This document shows, one piece after another, positions 50,900-63,900 of a DNA stretch of 64,000 bases. The DNA is from Heteronotia binoei (taxonomy: Eukaryota). Made by a program: the position numbers and the translations under genes. How positions within the stretch are numbered: the first letter of the stretch is position 1; the number at the start of each line of letters is the position of its first letter. The notes beneath the pieces were generated by a model that did not search any database, was not told where the DNA came from, and saw only the letters and a list, made by a program, of their open reading frames with translations. Location of the stretch: assembly GCF_032191835.1 (NCBI RefSeq), contig NC_083224.1:185876001-185940000 (forward strand), in the 5' to 3' direction.

Positions 50900-52748
50900 A
50901 TGGTGTTTATTTCCTCCTAAGTGCCTAAAGCATTGTGTTAAATATGTTTGTTCTTGGCGCCACAACAGCTAGCGTTTCATCTGAGGAAGACACCCCAGCG
51001 GCGCCTTTGCCGGACCGCTGGGCTCCTTTTGCGAACTGATATTTCTGCCTGCTTCCACTATGTGCTTTTTTATGGCCGGTTTGTTGTTTTTTGTATGCTG
51101 TTTCCCCGGTGCTGGGTTTGAGAGGTGCGAGAGTGATGTGCTGAAAGAGAGGGGTATCGGAGTGGGTGATGGCGGGAAGTTTAAATGTGCGCGTGTGTGG
51201 GTGGAAGATCTGAGAGCGGTGGGATATAGTGTGTGGTGTGTAGCCCTTTTTGGAGTGGATGGTGTTCGACTGGAGAATCTGCTGACTGAGGTCCGAGAGG
51301 CTTTAACCTTCCCAGAGTCTTTGGAATGTTTTTTGGGTCCATAAATGCGCTTGGCGCCAAGCCCGCTAACGCTCCGTTCAGCAGCGACGTCATAGAATCG
51401 GGAAGGAGAGATCGCGCAGGCCCCCTTGTGGTCTATTATCTATGCAACTGAAATCTAAGAAGGCTTCAATAGTGGTGGGTATGAGTGATGTGTGGATGAC
51501 TGGAGGGGAAAGCGAGACACTAATATGGATGACGTAGGGAGGTTTGAATCTGAGTATGCTTGGCTTAGAGGTTTTAGGGTGATGGATGGGTGCGTGCTAT
51601 GTAGTGCCTTATATGGAATTGATGGAGGCCGGCTAGTCAGAAACAAGACTATCAGTGCCTAAGTAGCCGTGCCAACAGTGCGTTTGTAGGTTCCTTTTCT
51701 TTTTTCTTCTTCTCTTCTAGTATGAATGGGGTAAGTTTGATACAGCAATGGCTGAGATAAATATAGAGAGGGGAGGATGAGTGTTGGTTAGAGGCAGGGA
51801 AAAGGGGAGGGGGGAGTGGATGGTAGACTTGAAGTGTGAGTGTATATGGTAAAGTGACGTAGGCATTGGTTAAAGTTTTAACTAAAAAATATATTAGCTA
51901 AAAAGAAAAGGGAAGAGCTGCCTTACAATGACCAGGGGAAAATGTCATAACGAACAAGTGAATAAGAACTTAACTAATGAACCCCAATTTGTTAAGTTAC
52001 ACTGATGAACCACTTCTGGATATGTAACTAATGAGACATAATGCCAGGTAGCTCACCCTAAGATAGAGGGAGTGTGGGAGAAACTGACTCTACCTAGTTG
52101 AGTGGTGTTATTAGTTCTGTTTTATTAATTACATCTTCTCGTATCTATAACTATATTCCTACCAGTTCAGCACCTATGGAAGTGTATAGGAGTTCTGAAT
52201 GTATATTTTTCTCTGAAAGTACATAATGGTAGTGATGTCATAAGGTTTGCTGTTCCTGCTCATACTAGATAGCTGAAGAAGACTGGTTTGTTATTCTAGT
52301 ATGTGACCACAGGGGGGTGGCGACGGTGTTTCATTTTAACCTGTGTGTTATACATCAATAATATTTATTGCTCCCTTCGTTAAGTTATGTAGTTTCACCC
52401 TGAGGGGGTACATTGTGTATTTCTCCCTTGTGCTCCTTTTATAAGGGGTGGTGAAACCTTTCCCCACTAGTGGGGTAGTTGAGTTTGTTTGTATTATCAA
52501 TTTGCTAAAAAGGCTGGGTAGTGACCCTTATAGTTAATCCCTTTATAGGTTGACCCTAAGTTTAGGGGTCAGAGTGTTGGAACTTAGTAAAGGGGGAGGG
52601 AACAATTTTTGAGACCTTTTCGTTAGTGGTATACAATACACCCCTCCAGAACTGAGAGAGGAGATAGGTTAAGTTAAAAGTTATAGTTATTTATTAATTG
52701 TTATTTAAGATCAGGGCATTTGGTCCCTGTGAATCATAGTAGTGTCAC

Positions 52749-55700
52749 ATGGCCGATCACATCAAAATAGCTACATGGAATTGTAGAGGATTTCATAACC
52801 CCATAAAACGCAAACGCATATCTAATTATTTGGAAAAGAAAAAACTCAATATTGTATGCTTGCAGGAAACCCATATCAAGGAGAAGCACACCAACGTTCT
52901 CAAATCACGGTGGTTTGTCCAGTCATTCCAGGCTCCTGGTACTTCCAAGGCAAGAGGGGTAGCTATCTTAATTTCCAAAAACACTCCTTTCGTCTGCTCT
53001 CAAACAAAAATTGACTCTCAGGGCAGATTCATTTTCATCAAAGGCTCACTAGATGGGAAGCCTACTACAATTGCCTCAATCTATGCCCCTAACTCTGGTC
53101 AGAATGACTTCCTTAAAGAAACGCTCTCAGAGCTGCACACATTTCAGGAAGGCAATGTATTAATTGGCGGAGACCTTAATCAGGTGGTTGACCCTCTCTT
53201 AGACAAATCTAACCAACATAGAGCTATACGGAGCCAGACCTCTCCACCTTCAAATCTGGGCACGATTCTCAATAACTTCAACTTAATGGACACGTGGCGT
53301 ACTTTACATCCAAAAACTAGAGATTACTCTTTCTTTTCTCCGGTACATAACTCCTATTCAAGAATAGACTTTATACTTGTTTCCCAATCTTTAATTAATT
53401 GTATAACAAACGCTGAATACGATATTAGAAACATCTCTGACCATTCGCTATTGGAGTGTGAATTGTCAGCTCAAGACACGGACGGAAAGGGTACTAACTG
53501 GTCTCTAAATAGGCTTTTACTGTCTAGGGAAGACATACGTCTGAAGATAGAACAACAAATTCAGACGTACTTTGAGTTCAACACCAACTGCGGGGCCCCT
53601 CAAACGATCATATGGGACGCTTTCAAAGCAGTCATGAGAGGAAATTTTATTTCTATTGCATCTGCTTGTAATAAGGCTCGTAGGAAAACCATTACAGATT
53701 TAAATGCTCGCATTGCAGAACTCCAAAATAGACATCAAAATTATGGAGGAAATAAAACCCTAAGAAAATTAGATCAAACTAGAAAACAACTGGAAGTACT
53801 AGAATCTTCCTCCATACAGAAGTCTTCTATTTACCTTAAACATAGGTATTTAACAAAAACTTCCAAATCAATTAGATACTTGAAATTCCGTATTGCCCCA
53901 AAAAATCCCACAAACTCCATACATGCCATAAGAGACACTAGGGGAATCCTTCACTCATCCTCTAAGGAAATTTCAAGAGGTTTTTTTTGACTATCATAAG
54001 AAGCTCTATGAATCTGGTAAACCCAATGGTCAGAACATTGAAAACTATCTAAAATCAATTAACTTCAACGCAATCCTCTCAACAGAACATGCAGATTTTT
54101 TAGATAGACCATTCAATTTGACAGAGCTAACCGCGGCTCTCTCCAAAAGCAAGAATAATAAAGCTACTGGTAGGGATGGATTCCCTTCGGAGTTTTATAA
54201 ATTATTTAAAACCTCGTTGTTGACTCCTCTTCTTGAGACCTGTAATACGGTCCTAAAGGACGGTCAGCTACCCCCTAGTTGGCGGGAGTCACGAACAATT
54301 CTGATTCCCAAATTAGGCAAAGACAAGTCTAATCCTGCTTCATATCGCCCTATATCAGTGTTGAATCATGACTTTAAAAATTTTTCTACTATGTTGGCGG
54401 AACGGTTAAAAAGAATCATCACAAGCTATATCCATCCTGACCAAGCAGGCTTCATGCCTGGCCGTTCCATCACGGATAACATCCGTAAATCTTTAAATCT
54501 GATCTATATGGCAAAAAAGTCTCCGGCCCCATCTCTGATTCTTTCGTTAGACGCAGAGAAGGCCTTTGACAAAGTGGAGGTTGTTTACCTAAAGACCCTA
54601 CTCCAATTCATGAATTTTGGCCCAAACTTCCGTAAAGCTATATCGGCGATATATAGTGCCCCATCAACTCAAATTCTTACAAACTCATTTAGGTCAGAGG
54701 AACTTTATTTATATAGAGGTACCAGACAGGGGTGTCCCCTTTCCCCATTATTGTTTGCTCTCTCAGTAGAGCCTTTCGCACACACTACTAGAACTTCACC
54801 TAAAATATCCGGCATTCGAGTGGGTGAATCTGAATTTAAAATAAGCCTATTCGCAGACGACATGGTGTTCTATCTAACCAATCCTCTCTCTTCGTTGACC
54901 CATCTTAAAGCAAACTTAGAAGAATTCGGTAAGCACTCTGGCTTCACCATAAATCTTTCCAAATCAGAAATTTACCCTATTAGGATTCCAGAAAGCCTAC
55001 AGTTACTTATAAAATCATCCCAACCGTTCAAGTGGGTTTCTAAATCTTGGAGACATCTTGGAATCCAGATTCCATTGAAACTCGAGGACTTATTCCAAGC
55101 CAACTACGGTCCTTTGGCCAACTCCATGACCTCTTCTATATCTGCCTGGTCCAAACTTAATTTCTCTCTACTAGAAAAAATTGACCTTCTCAAATCCTTC
55201 TTGCTACCACGCTTACTATTTCTATTTCAAAATCTACCAATTAATGTCCCCAAAAAAGAGCTTACTCGGTGGCAGTCACAGTGGTCATCCTTCTTATGGA
55301 ACCAACGCAAACCTAGAATTGCCCTTTCCTTACTAACCAAACCATGTAACATGGGAGGCCTGGCAGCCCCATTAGTGGACAAATATTTTATAGCTGCACA
55401 ACTGAGAGTCATCGTTTACTATGCATCACCATACGCCCTCCCTGCGTGGGTCCAGATTGAAAAGGCAAACTTGCCCAGCCTACTTCTACACGAATTCATT
55501 TGGTCCTCGAAAGCAGACAGAAAGGAGCTTAAAATATCAAACCCATTTTTAAAATTTACCCTCCAACTCTGGGATCAATGGAGGAATACTATTACACCGG
55601 CTTCATCTCCAGTTATGGCCTTCCTTGGGCAATCTTGGTTCCCCCCGGGAAAAGACAAAACTCAATTTAGAGTCTGGAGGGAGAACAATATTTTTAAGTT

Positions 55701-56592
55701 AACTGATATTACTTTGAATGGTAAATTGTGTTCCCACTCCCAGCTAGAAAGTAAATTTAAGATCACCATCCCATGGTTTCAGTACCTACAAGTACACCAT
55801 GCATTACATCATATAATACCCATTGTAATGCATAACAGGCCACTAAACCCGGTCGAGAAATTAATTAACATAGGTAACTGCACCATAAAAGGAGTTATTT
55901 CTATGATTTATACTCTCCTAAACCAAAAAACATGGAGATGCCCCTCCACCCATCTAAACAATTGGCAGAAAGATTGTGCAATCTCAATTAATGAAGAACA
56001 ATGGAGCCAGCTTTGGACATCGCCTTTATTTAAATCCAAATCCCTTTATTTCCGTCTTCAAAATTATAAGTTATTCGCAAGATGGTATATGACTCCTCTT
56101 AATCTTTTTAAGGCAAAGGTGAAGGCTGACCCCCGATGTTGGAAAGGGTGTGGGCTTCCAGGTTCATTCTTCCACTGCTGGTGGGACTGTCCCAAGGTAA
56201 CTGATTTCTGGAAGTCTATTCTGGAAATAATTTCAAAAATAATAGGGGTTAATGTCCCTTGCACCCCTGTAGTGGTCCTGCTAAATCTATGGCCTGATCA
56301 ATTGCTGTCAACATTAAAACAGGAATTGGTTACTTTACTTTTGCTGGCTGCTAAAATTACTTTGGCATCATACTGGAAACACCCGGATACCCCTCCACTC
56401 CAGAAATGGTGCACTAAAGTGTGGGACGTCTTGATCCAGGACAAGCTAACTACTGCCATATCTATGCTTGATAATATCAAAGCAGGAGACTGGTTTTTAC
56501 AGAAATGGTTCAGCTTCCTTGATTACGTAAATAGCTCCGACACTATATTTGGGAAACTGCCAGCGAAATATGTGAATTTTATGATTTATTAG
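52749..56592 (+). pseudogene. L1 ORF2 (APE endonuclease, reverse transcriptase, CCHC), one +1 frameshift
   Basis: EN motifs IATWNCRGF, CLQETH, GDLN, SRIDF, SDHS; RT motifs QGCPLSP, FADD; C-terminal CWKGCGLPGSFFHCWWDC. Removing one T near 53970-53988 restores ...KEIQEVFFDYHKKLY... and joins the two track ORFs. Confidence 0.92.
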
Positions 56593-56805
56593 TTTTGACC
56601 TGATGCAATCTATAGCTTTTTGAAATCCCGATCTGTATGTATTTCTTGAGAGATCCTTTCTCCTTTGTTAAACTCTGCTGACAATAACGAATGTGACGGT
56701 ACATTTAAGGCAATGTCGTAGACCCCATGTTGGGGCGTGTTGTTGGTTATTGAAATGTTATTTAAACTTCTTTAATAAAATTTTAAATTTAAAAAATAAA
56801 AGAAA

Positions 56806-57290
56806 AGAAATAATAACAATCCTTATGGAAGTCCATCTGTCTCTAGTTCCTGAAAGGGCTAGCAATAGATGTCTTCTTATTTATGCATCCACTGTGCAAT
56901 TTCTCAATTGGAATTAGAATTCCCTGGACAGGTCATTGACTTCTGCTACATCTGGTTGAAAGCCTTTGTCAACGAGGGATCTTCCACAGTTTCAAAAGAG
57001 AATACATATCACATTCTCAAGGCAAAACTCACAGGGACACAAAGTCTCCAACAACGTTCTCTCAAGAACTGCTCAGGCTTGTTGTGAGTGAGCCGTTATT
57101 GAGGGAATGTTGTTGGAGACTTTGTGTCCCTAAGAAGACATCTATTGCTAGTCCTTTCAGGGACAAAAGACAGACAGACTTCCATAAGGACTTTTATTAG
57201 GGACTTGAAGGTTATCATTATATTTCTCACAACTGTTGTAATGTATTAGTTAATTTGTCACTATAACCTGAGGGTTGTGTTTAGTTATAA
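56806..57290. repeat. Fold-back inverted duplication next to the L1 3' end
   Basis: 57035-57075 pairs with 57089-57131 (13 nt loop); 56821-56879 pairs with 57131-57189; 57245-57290 is the reverse complement of 49746-49795 on the far side of the L1. About 90% identity. Confidence 0.85.
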
Positions 57291-57591
57291 GTTCTGGAGT
57301 GACTTCTCTCATGGTTAATCTCCAGGTTGGAGGCGCATGGCAATCTCCTGGAGTTATGACAGAACTCCAGTCCACAAAAATCATTTCCCAGGAGAAAATG
57401 GCTGCTTTGGAGGGTACAATTGATCTGTTTTCCCATCTCTTAGAACTTCCCCTCACAGAATTCCTTAAAGCAAGAATTACATCTCCAAAAGTTTTGGGGG
57501 TTTTTTGAGGGGGGGGGGGTGTTCCTGTCAGCTTGACTTCCACAGAATTTATCCCTAATCCAGTCCCCTTCCAATCAGGTTTCTGGCTCAC

Positions 57592-59270
57592 CATGACAGC
57601 CTTAACATGTTGTTTTGTGATCATTGGAAGATTACTCAGCGTGTTAATTGCGAGCTCATCAAGAAATGTACAGTATCCACAGATGGTCTCCATTTGGTTC
57701 TGAAAGAAGCAAGAGTCAGGCTTAGTTGGGGAGGGATGCTTCTGTCCCTGGCCTGCAAAAGACCGACACCCTTGAATTTATCCATCATGTCAAGGGCAAT
57801 CAGCTAGCATCCCCCAGAACATATCCTGCTACATCCCAGAATGCAGAACCAAGAAGGTGATTCAGGCATTGACTTCATTGATACCTCACTTTTGTTGCCA
57901 AGGGGAGAGCCCACAAGTGGCTTCTGTCCTTCTCTTTGCCTTTATATTTGAACCTGGGGCTCCCAGACCCAAGACCAGGATCCCCAACCTTTTTGAGCCT
58001 TTAGGCACCTTTGACAATCCAACTCTGAATGGTGGGCTCAATCACAAAATGGCCACCGGGGAAGGTAGAGCCAGCCATGACCACAGAGGAAGCCAAAGCT
58101 GAGGGGACAACACTGTAGTGGAAGCTAAGGGCAGCCAATCAGATTTCAATCTAAAGCCCTACTGGGCAGGAAACCACCATACTAGGGCCTCTACCCTAGT
58201 CCAAGATTCTCACTGCTGTTGAACATGGGAGCCCAGGGGGTGCTCTGGTGTCCCATTGGGCAAACCCCTCCAAAGGAAAGGGTCCTGTCAGAGGCACGTT
58301 TACCGCTCTTGCAAATGCAGAAGGCTGAACGGCAGGCACTGCCTCTTCACAGTCGAAAGCTGAAAGGAAAAGAAAGGGCCACTGAGAATGTGGTGAGAGA
58401 AAATACGGAACTCTTTCATAACCTCCCCACCCTTCCTCCCAGGAGATTTTGGCATTCTACTCCTCCTCTTCCATTTTTAGCCACACAACCACACTGTGAG
58501 GTAGGTTAGATAGAGAGCATGTGTGACTGATTTACAGTCACCAGACAGCTTCCATGGGAGAGTGGGGATTTGAACTTGGGTCTTCTGGATGCTAGTCTGA
58601 TGTTGTAGCACAGGAGTGGCCAAATTGTGGGTTGGGAGCCACATGAGGCTCTTTCACACATTATGGTGTGGCTCTTGAAGCCCCCACTGTGCTGTCAGCC
58701 GACTTGGAGAAGGCATTACTCTTTTTAAATCACTTTTATGCATTTAATCTTAACAGTTGCTTTCTTTCCATCCCTGCATCCCTCATTTATTTCCTTCCTT
58801 CCCTTCTCTCTATCTCTCTTCCTCTCTTCCTCCCTCCCTCCCTCTTTTCCGTTAGGCGGAACATCTGACATTCTCATGTCTTGCAGTTCTCAAATGTCTG
58901 ACATTTATTCTAGGTGGCTCTAGGTGGTTAAGCGAGTTTGGCCACCCCTGTTCTAGCTGTCATGACATGCTGGCTCTCAGTGGGGCCTCTCAATGAGGGC
59001 AGAGACAGTGAATACCAGAGGGCAGCCGTGCTGCCCATTGGAATGATCCACCAGTCCCTCCATCCCCACCCGCCTCCATCTCTCTCCTCACCAGCAGGGT
59101 GCACTTGGCGCTTCCTTAAGCGACCCAGGAAGCTCCTCATCTGTGGAAACCTATTTTGTGGCTTTTCCACTGTTTTTATTTCTGCCTTGGCGGCAGTCTC
59201 TACGCCGTCAAAGGATGGCTCCACTTTGTTTTTGACAAAACGCCCCTTGATGTTTTTCAGAAGTCGGAAC
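57592..59270 (-). CDS. Candidate exons of an unidentified minus-strand gene (three exons joining in frame)
   Basis: Exons 59270-59092, 58359-58214, 57699-57592, each with a pyrimidine-rich AG acceptor and GTGAG donor; phases 1 and 0 match; no stop in 433 nt. Reads ...FRLLKNIKGRFVKNKVEPSFDGVETAAKAEIKTVEKPQNRFPQMRSFLGRLRKRQVHPA-AFDCEEAVPAVQPSAFARAVNVPLTGPFPLEGFAQWDTRAPPGLPCSTA-NQMETICGYCTFLDELAINTLSNLPMITKQHVKAVM. Family not recognised. Confidence 0.55.
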
Positions 59271-60627
59271 CTACAATGGGAAGCAGATAAATCAGAGATG
59301 GGATACCCCCTCCTCATTGATGTGCTCTAGCCTGCCTGCTCCCCCTCCAAGGCTCTGCAGAGATTCAGTATCCAGGAAACAGGAGAATCCTTGGGCTGAT
59401 TGCCAGTTCTGGTTCAGGACATATCTAGATTTTTTGGCGGGGAGGGGGGACCTGGAGAAGTAGGGTGGCCAATCCTCTGGTCTGGAGGCCCTCCCCCTCT
59501 TCGAGGTTAACAGAAAGCAGGAAGGGGGATGTATGTCTGCTGGGCATTCCACTATACCCTATGGAGGCCGATCCCTGTAGGGCAGGGGTGTCAAACTCAC
59601 TTGCTATGGGGACCGGATCAGACATAAATGAGACCTTGTAGGGTCAGGCCATTTGCGTCATAAAATGTAATGCCAGGTAGCTTTAAAAACTTTTAATAAA
59701 ACTTGCTTATAATGCAATATTTTGTTTATTTCTGTCTCTGATAACTGATACCTCTTGGTCTGAATTATTGCATTAAAATCTGGAAACCATGTCTGTGCTG
59801 TAGCAATCTTGAGTAGGCTGTTCAAGTGTTCCTCAGGTCTGTGTCTGTGAGTTGCAAACCTACTTTTGATTGACTGACATTCATTACAGGAATCTCATAG
59901 TCAATGCTTTGAGCCTAAGACTCAAGGGAAAAGAAATGGTTGGACATTGCGATCTTTCGCACATAATTGTTTCATGTGCAGGTCAACCAATGGAGAAAAT
60001 AGAGACTGTGCTCTGTAGCTTGACTGAGCAAGCCTGGCAAAGCAAGCTGTGATGCAGAAAGAAACCAGAGAGGGAGACAGAAGCAAGCAACAGTGAGTCG
60101 CTCTCAGGCCTGATAGGAGCCTTCTGGGGGCCTGATCCATCCCACGGGCCACATGTTTAACACCCCTGACCTAGGTTATAAAGGAAAATTGATCTGTGGG
60201 TACCTGGGGCTCTGGAGGGCTGGTTTTTTTTAGGTAGAAGAACTGGGTTAGATTCCCCTCAAAAGCACTACAAGTTTCAAAAAGATTGGACTAGGGGGTC
60301 CAATTTTATGAGTCCCCAAAGAAGGCGCCCCCATTCTCCATTATTTCCAGAGAAGGGAAGATATTTAAAAGAAGCGTAGTCCCTTTAAGTGTGATGTCCA
60401 GAACTCCCTTCATAGTGCAGTCTTGCTTGTCACAAACCTGCTCCTAGCTCTACCCCCAACTTCCCCAGATAATCCCTGAGTTGGACCTGGCAACTCTATG
60501 AGGAGGACAGAGTTTAGAGAGAGGAGGAACCCCATGAGGGTAGAATGACATAGAATTCAATCTATTGGATTTGTATCCCGCCCTTCAGAATCACAGATTG
60601 GCTCACAATATCTTTTACCTTCCTCCC

Positions 60628-60955
60628 TGTAATGTACCAGTCTTGGAGACGAGCGTAGGGCAACATAGTTTATTTACATGGTACAAAACAAGATGGAACC
60701 TGGAAACACGCGGGCCGGGTCCCGCATATATACAGTGCCGGAACTATTCACCCTGCTGGCCGGTCCAATGCCGGCCAGCTATATTTCCCACCACAGGCTG
60801 TGATTGGCGGGTGACCAGCGCTCAGTGCGGAGGCATCTGGGTGTCCCCAGTAGCCTCCGCTGTTTGAGCGGACTAATGCTGTTGCGATGGATCGTTATAA
60901 CGAAATGGTTTCATTATAACGAAATAGTTGCGTTCTGCGAACGCCATATGCTACA
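60628..60955 (-). mobile_element. Solo LTR (328 bp) inserted in a SINE
   Basis: TGTA...TACA termini, 5 bp TSD CTCCC (60623-60627, 60956-60960); on the minus strand CCAAT, then TATATA (~60727-60732), then AATAAA (60669-60674); CpGs retained. Confidence 0.85.
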
Positions 60956-61798
60956 CTCCCCCACAACAGACACCCTGTGAAATAGGTGGGACTGAGAGGG
61001 CTCTGACAGAAGCTGACCTTTCAAGGACAACTCTGTGAGAGCTATGACTGACCCAAGGCCATTCCAGCAGGGGATCTATTTTACATCCCAGCATATTAAA
61101 AGAAGAAGAAAAATCTCAGGTAAAGATCAAACGAAGGGGGGAGGGTTGGCGGGGGGGGGACTTAGTGAGCCAATTTCATCCTCCTCTTTTAGAAAGCTGT
61201 TGTCATCACAGCTGGTGGCTTGAAAAGCAAGACAAGTTTGTGGAAGCAGCAGCAGCCAATTGGAAGTTCTGTATGTTAACTGAACCTGTATAATAATGCA
61301 TATGTGGGAAGGGCATTTTGGAATGTTCTGGAAAGTATGTAAGCCACTGTAAATGCATCAGAACTCTGAACTGCTGGTGTTCCACGCTAGAGTGCCCTTT
61401 GTCCAAATAAATCTCACTCTCGTTTTGTTTATTGGACTTGACTCACCAGAGAACATGAATCCAAGCAGAGCAGTCTGTGTTATTCAATGTCCAAAAATGA
61501 TGAGGTATTTAGCTACTTTTGGGAGACCCCAACTCCTGAACATAGTTTCCTGAAAGGACCAAAAGAACTGGCTAGAATTCCCTCCCCTGTGAGGGAGCTA
61601 GGATTGTAAGAGATGTACTCTGCAAAGATTTCTAGGCAGGTGGAAGGAGGAAAACCAGTGGGACTGAAAAACAGGAAAATCCCCAGCCAGTGGATACCTA
61701 AAGTCAGGCTTTGGATTCAGCGGGAGCTCACAGGAGCACAGCTCCTGAACCTTTCTGAGAGTTCCACCTCCTCATTCCCACCTTGTCCATTGAATAGT

Positions 61799-63900
61799 AG
61801 TTTTAGCTTCACAACAACCCTAGGAGGTAGGTTAGCCTGAGAGTGTGTGATTGGCCCAAGGTCACGTAGTGAGCTTCTGTGAATTCTGGGGATTGAAACT
61901 CGAGTCTTCCATATTCTAGTCTGACACTTTAATACAATAATATGGGGAAGGGGCTGTGGTTCAGTGGTAGAGCTGCACAGGGCTTTTTTTTGTAGAAAAA
62001 GCCCAGCAGCAACTCGTTTGCATATTGGGCCACACCCTTTGACCCCAACCTAGCTGGAACGGTATCTCTGCTCAAGAAAAGCCCTGGAACTGCCTCTGTG
62101 AAGAGGCAGATTGGAATTACTGTACTTGACTAAAACCATACCCCCTCACTGCCCCCCCCGCTGAGTTGTGGGTCAGAGAGAGCCCCTGATTGCTGCCCTC
62201 AACAATTACTTGCTCATGTTGAGTTGCTACTTGTATCCTCAAGGGGGAATAAAAGAGCTAAATGTAATTCAAACATACTTTACAGCTGACATGGGGTGCC
62301 AAACCCAAAGATTTATTAGTGAGTGTGATCTCCCTTTGCTGTGCTCTATCCCAAACTTGCTGGTTTGGAACAATCTTTTGGAAGGATTTTAGCCTTTGAA
62401 CCCTGTATGGATGGGAAGATCAGGGCTGGCTCGCCCACTAGGCAAACTAGGTGGTTGCCTAGGGTGCCAGGAGGAGGGAGTGACAAATTGGGCTGCCCCC
62501 CTCCCGGTGCCCATGACAACTGCCTAGTTTGCTCACCTGCCTACATCCCCTCTGCCGCCCACCCACCTTCCCTAGCACTTTGCCCGCCCCCCCACTCAGT
62601 GCAATCAGAGGAGCGCACTGAGGCTGGGCCCTACCAGCTTCGATGCGACCGGCGCGACATCTAATCCTTTGAAGCACATAAGGGAGAAGGCTTCACTCCC
62701 CCTTACTTCTGGTTCCAGGAAGGAGGTTGGGGAGAAGCCTCTCGCACGTGCTTCAAAGTATTAGATGGCGCACCGCCCACATCGAAACTGGTAGAGTCCA
62801 GCTTTGGCGCGGTGTGCTCTGATGGGGGGGTGCAATGGAGCACGGCACTGCATTGCAGCGCTGTGGAAAGAGAGAGGGAGAGCAGTGGCAGGGGTGGCAG
62901 TGGGAGGGTGGCAGGCAGGGAGCCTGCCTGGGGCGCCAAGAGCCCTAGAGCTAGCGCTGGGGGAATTACACATTTTGCAGGCCTAATCCAGATTGGTTTC
63001 CTTTTCCTTGCATCACCTAGAATAGCCACCATTCCCTCCAAATACATACACCCCCAGAGGATTGGGAGGCGGAGCTTTTTATTTATTTTTTTATACACAT
63101 TTTTATTAATTTTCTGAATTGTCTTATTTCAATAACAACACAAATAATACAAAAGAAAACCTAACTGTACAAATTCTCGCTGACTACTTATTTCCGACAA
63201 TATGTCCATTGGAGATTAAAGTAACCAACTGGCTTTCAAAAAATGAGAAAACTGAAAGTCAGGAATCGCTCAATCACTCTAGGGTTATATCAGTCTATTG
63301 CCACAACCTAGCCGAAACGAAGATAATCTCTAGCCCTTTTTGCTGTCACTGTATTGTTGATTGGATTTGATTGGTGAGCAATCCCCAATGGAAATATAAT
63401 GTAGTCCAACCTTTTTTGCAAGATCCAGGGAGACATCCCTTTTTTGCAAGATCCAGGACAAGCAGATAGAAACGGTGCGCCAGAAGGATTGGCAATGCCA
63501 GCGCTCTTTCTGCCTCTTCCTGCCTTGTTCAGGGCATCCCCAGCAAGACTAAACATATCTCAGCTGTTTCAATAAGGCACCAGGTGGAAGAATCCCAGAA
63601 GCCCAGCAGGTACATTTGACAGAGCAACAGTCTCCACAAGAACTCACCTTGCTGCAATCAGCCCTCGCTCCGGCATCCTGATTTTAAAAAAGCATCCAGA
63701 TCAGGATAGGATGGATTCTCACAAAGGTGAAGGGAGTTGAGAATTTGCTGGCCAGAGGAAAGAGAAAGCATGCGATGATGTGGTTTGAGGAGGGAGAGTT
63801 CACTGAGATGAATCCAGCTGCCCCCAAACAGGATGAGAATCTGCAAAGCCCTCCAATTTGAACCAAAGATTTTGATGACCGAAATTAGGTTGCTAATGTC
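61799..63900. repeat. Segmental duplication, copy B, with ~1.2 kb of extra sequence (62390-63620)
   Basis: Direct-orientation match to 48703-49745; offset about 13.1 kb, or about 6.1 kb without the L1. Confidence 0.85.

Larger units (their letters stand above)
49815..56790 (+). mobile_element. Full-length LINE-1 retrotransposon, ~6.98 kb
   Basis: TSD (T)AAAAAATAAAAGAAA at 49799/49800-49814 and 56790/56791-56805; GC-rich 5' end; ORF1, 1.85 kb spacer, ORF2; AATAAA at 56774-56779. Confidence 0.93.

Noticed and set aside
51181-51646. Antisense ORFs in the L1 spacer as an ORF0-like product
   Set aside because: Short (63-70 aa), low complexity, no recognisable motif; cannot be supported from a single copy.
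61447-61549. Minus-strand block with good splice sites as a coding exon
   Set aside because: Stops in all three frames; kept only as a possible UTR exon.
63658-63660. In-frame TGA as selenocysteine
   Set aside because: The paralog has Leu (TTA), not Cys, and no SECIS could be identified; a nonsense mutation is simpler.
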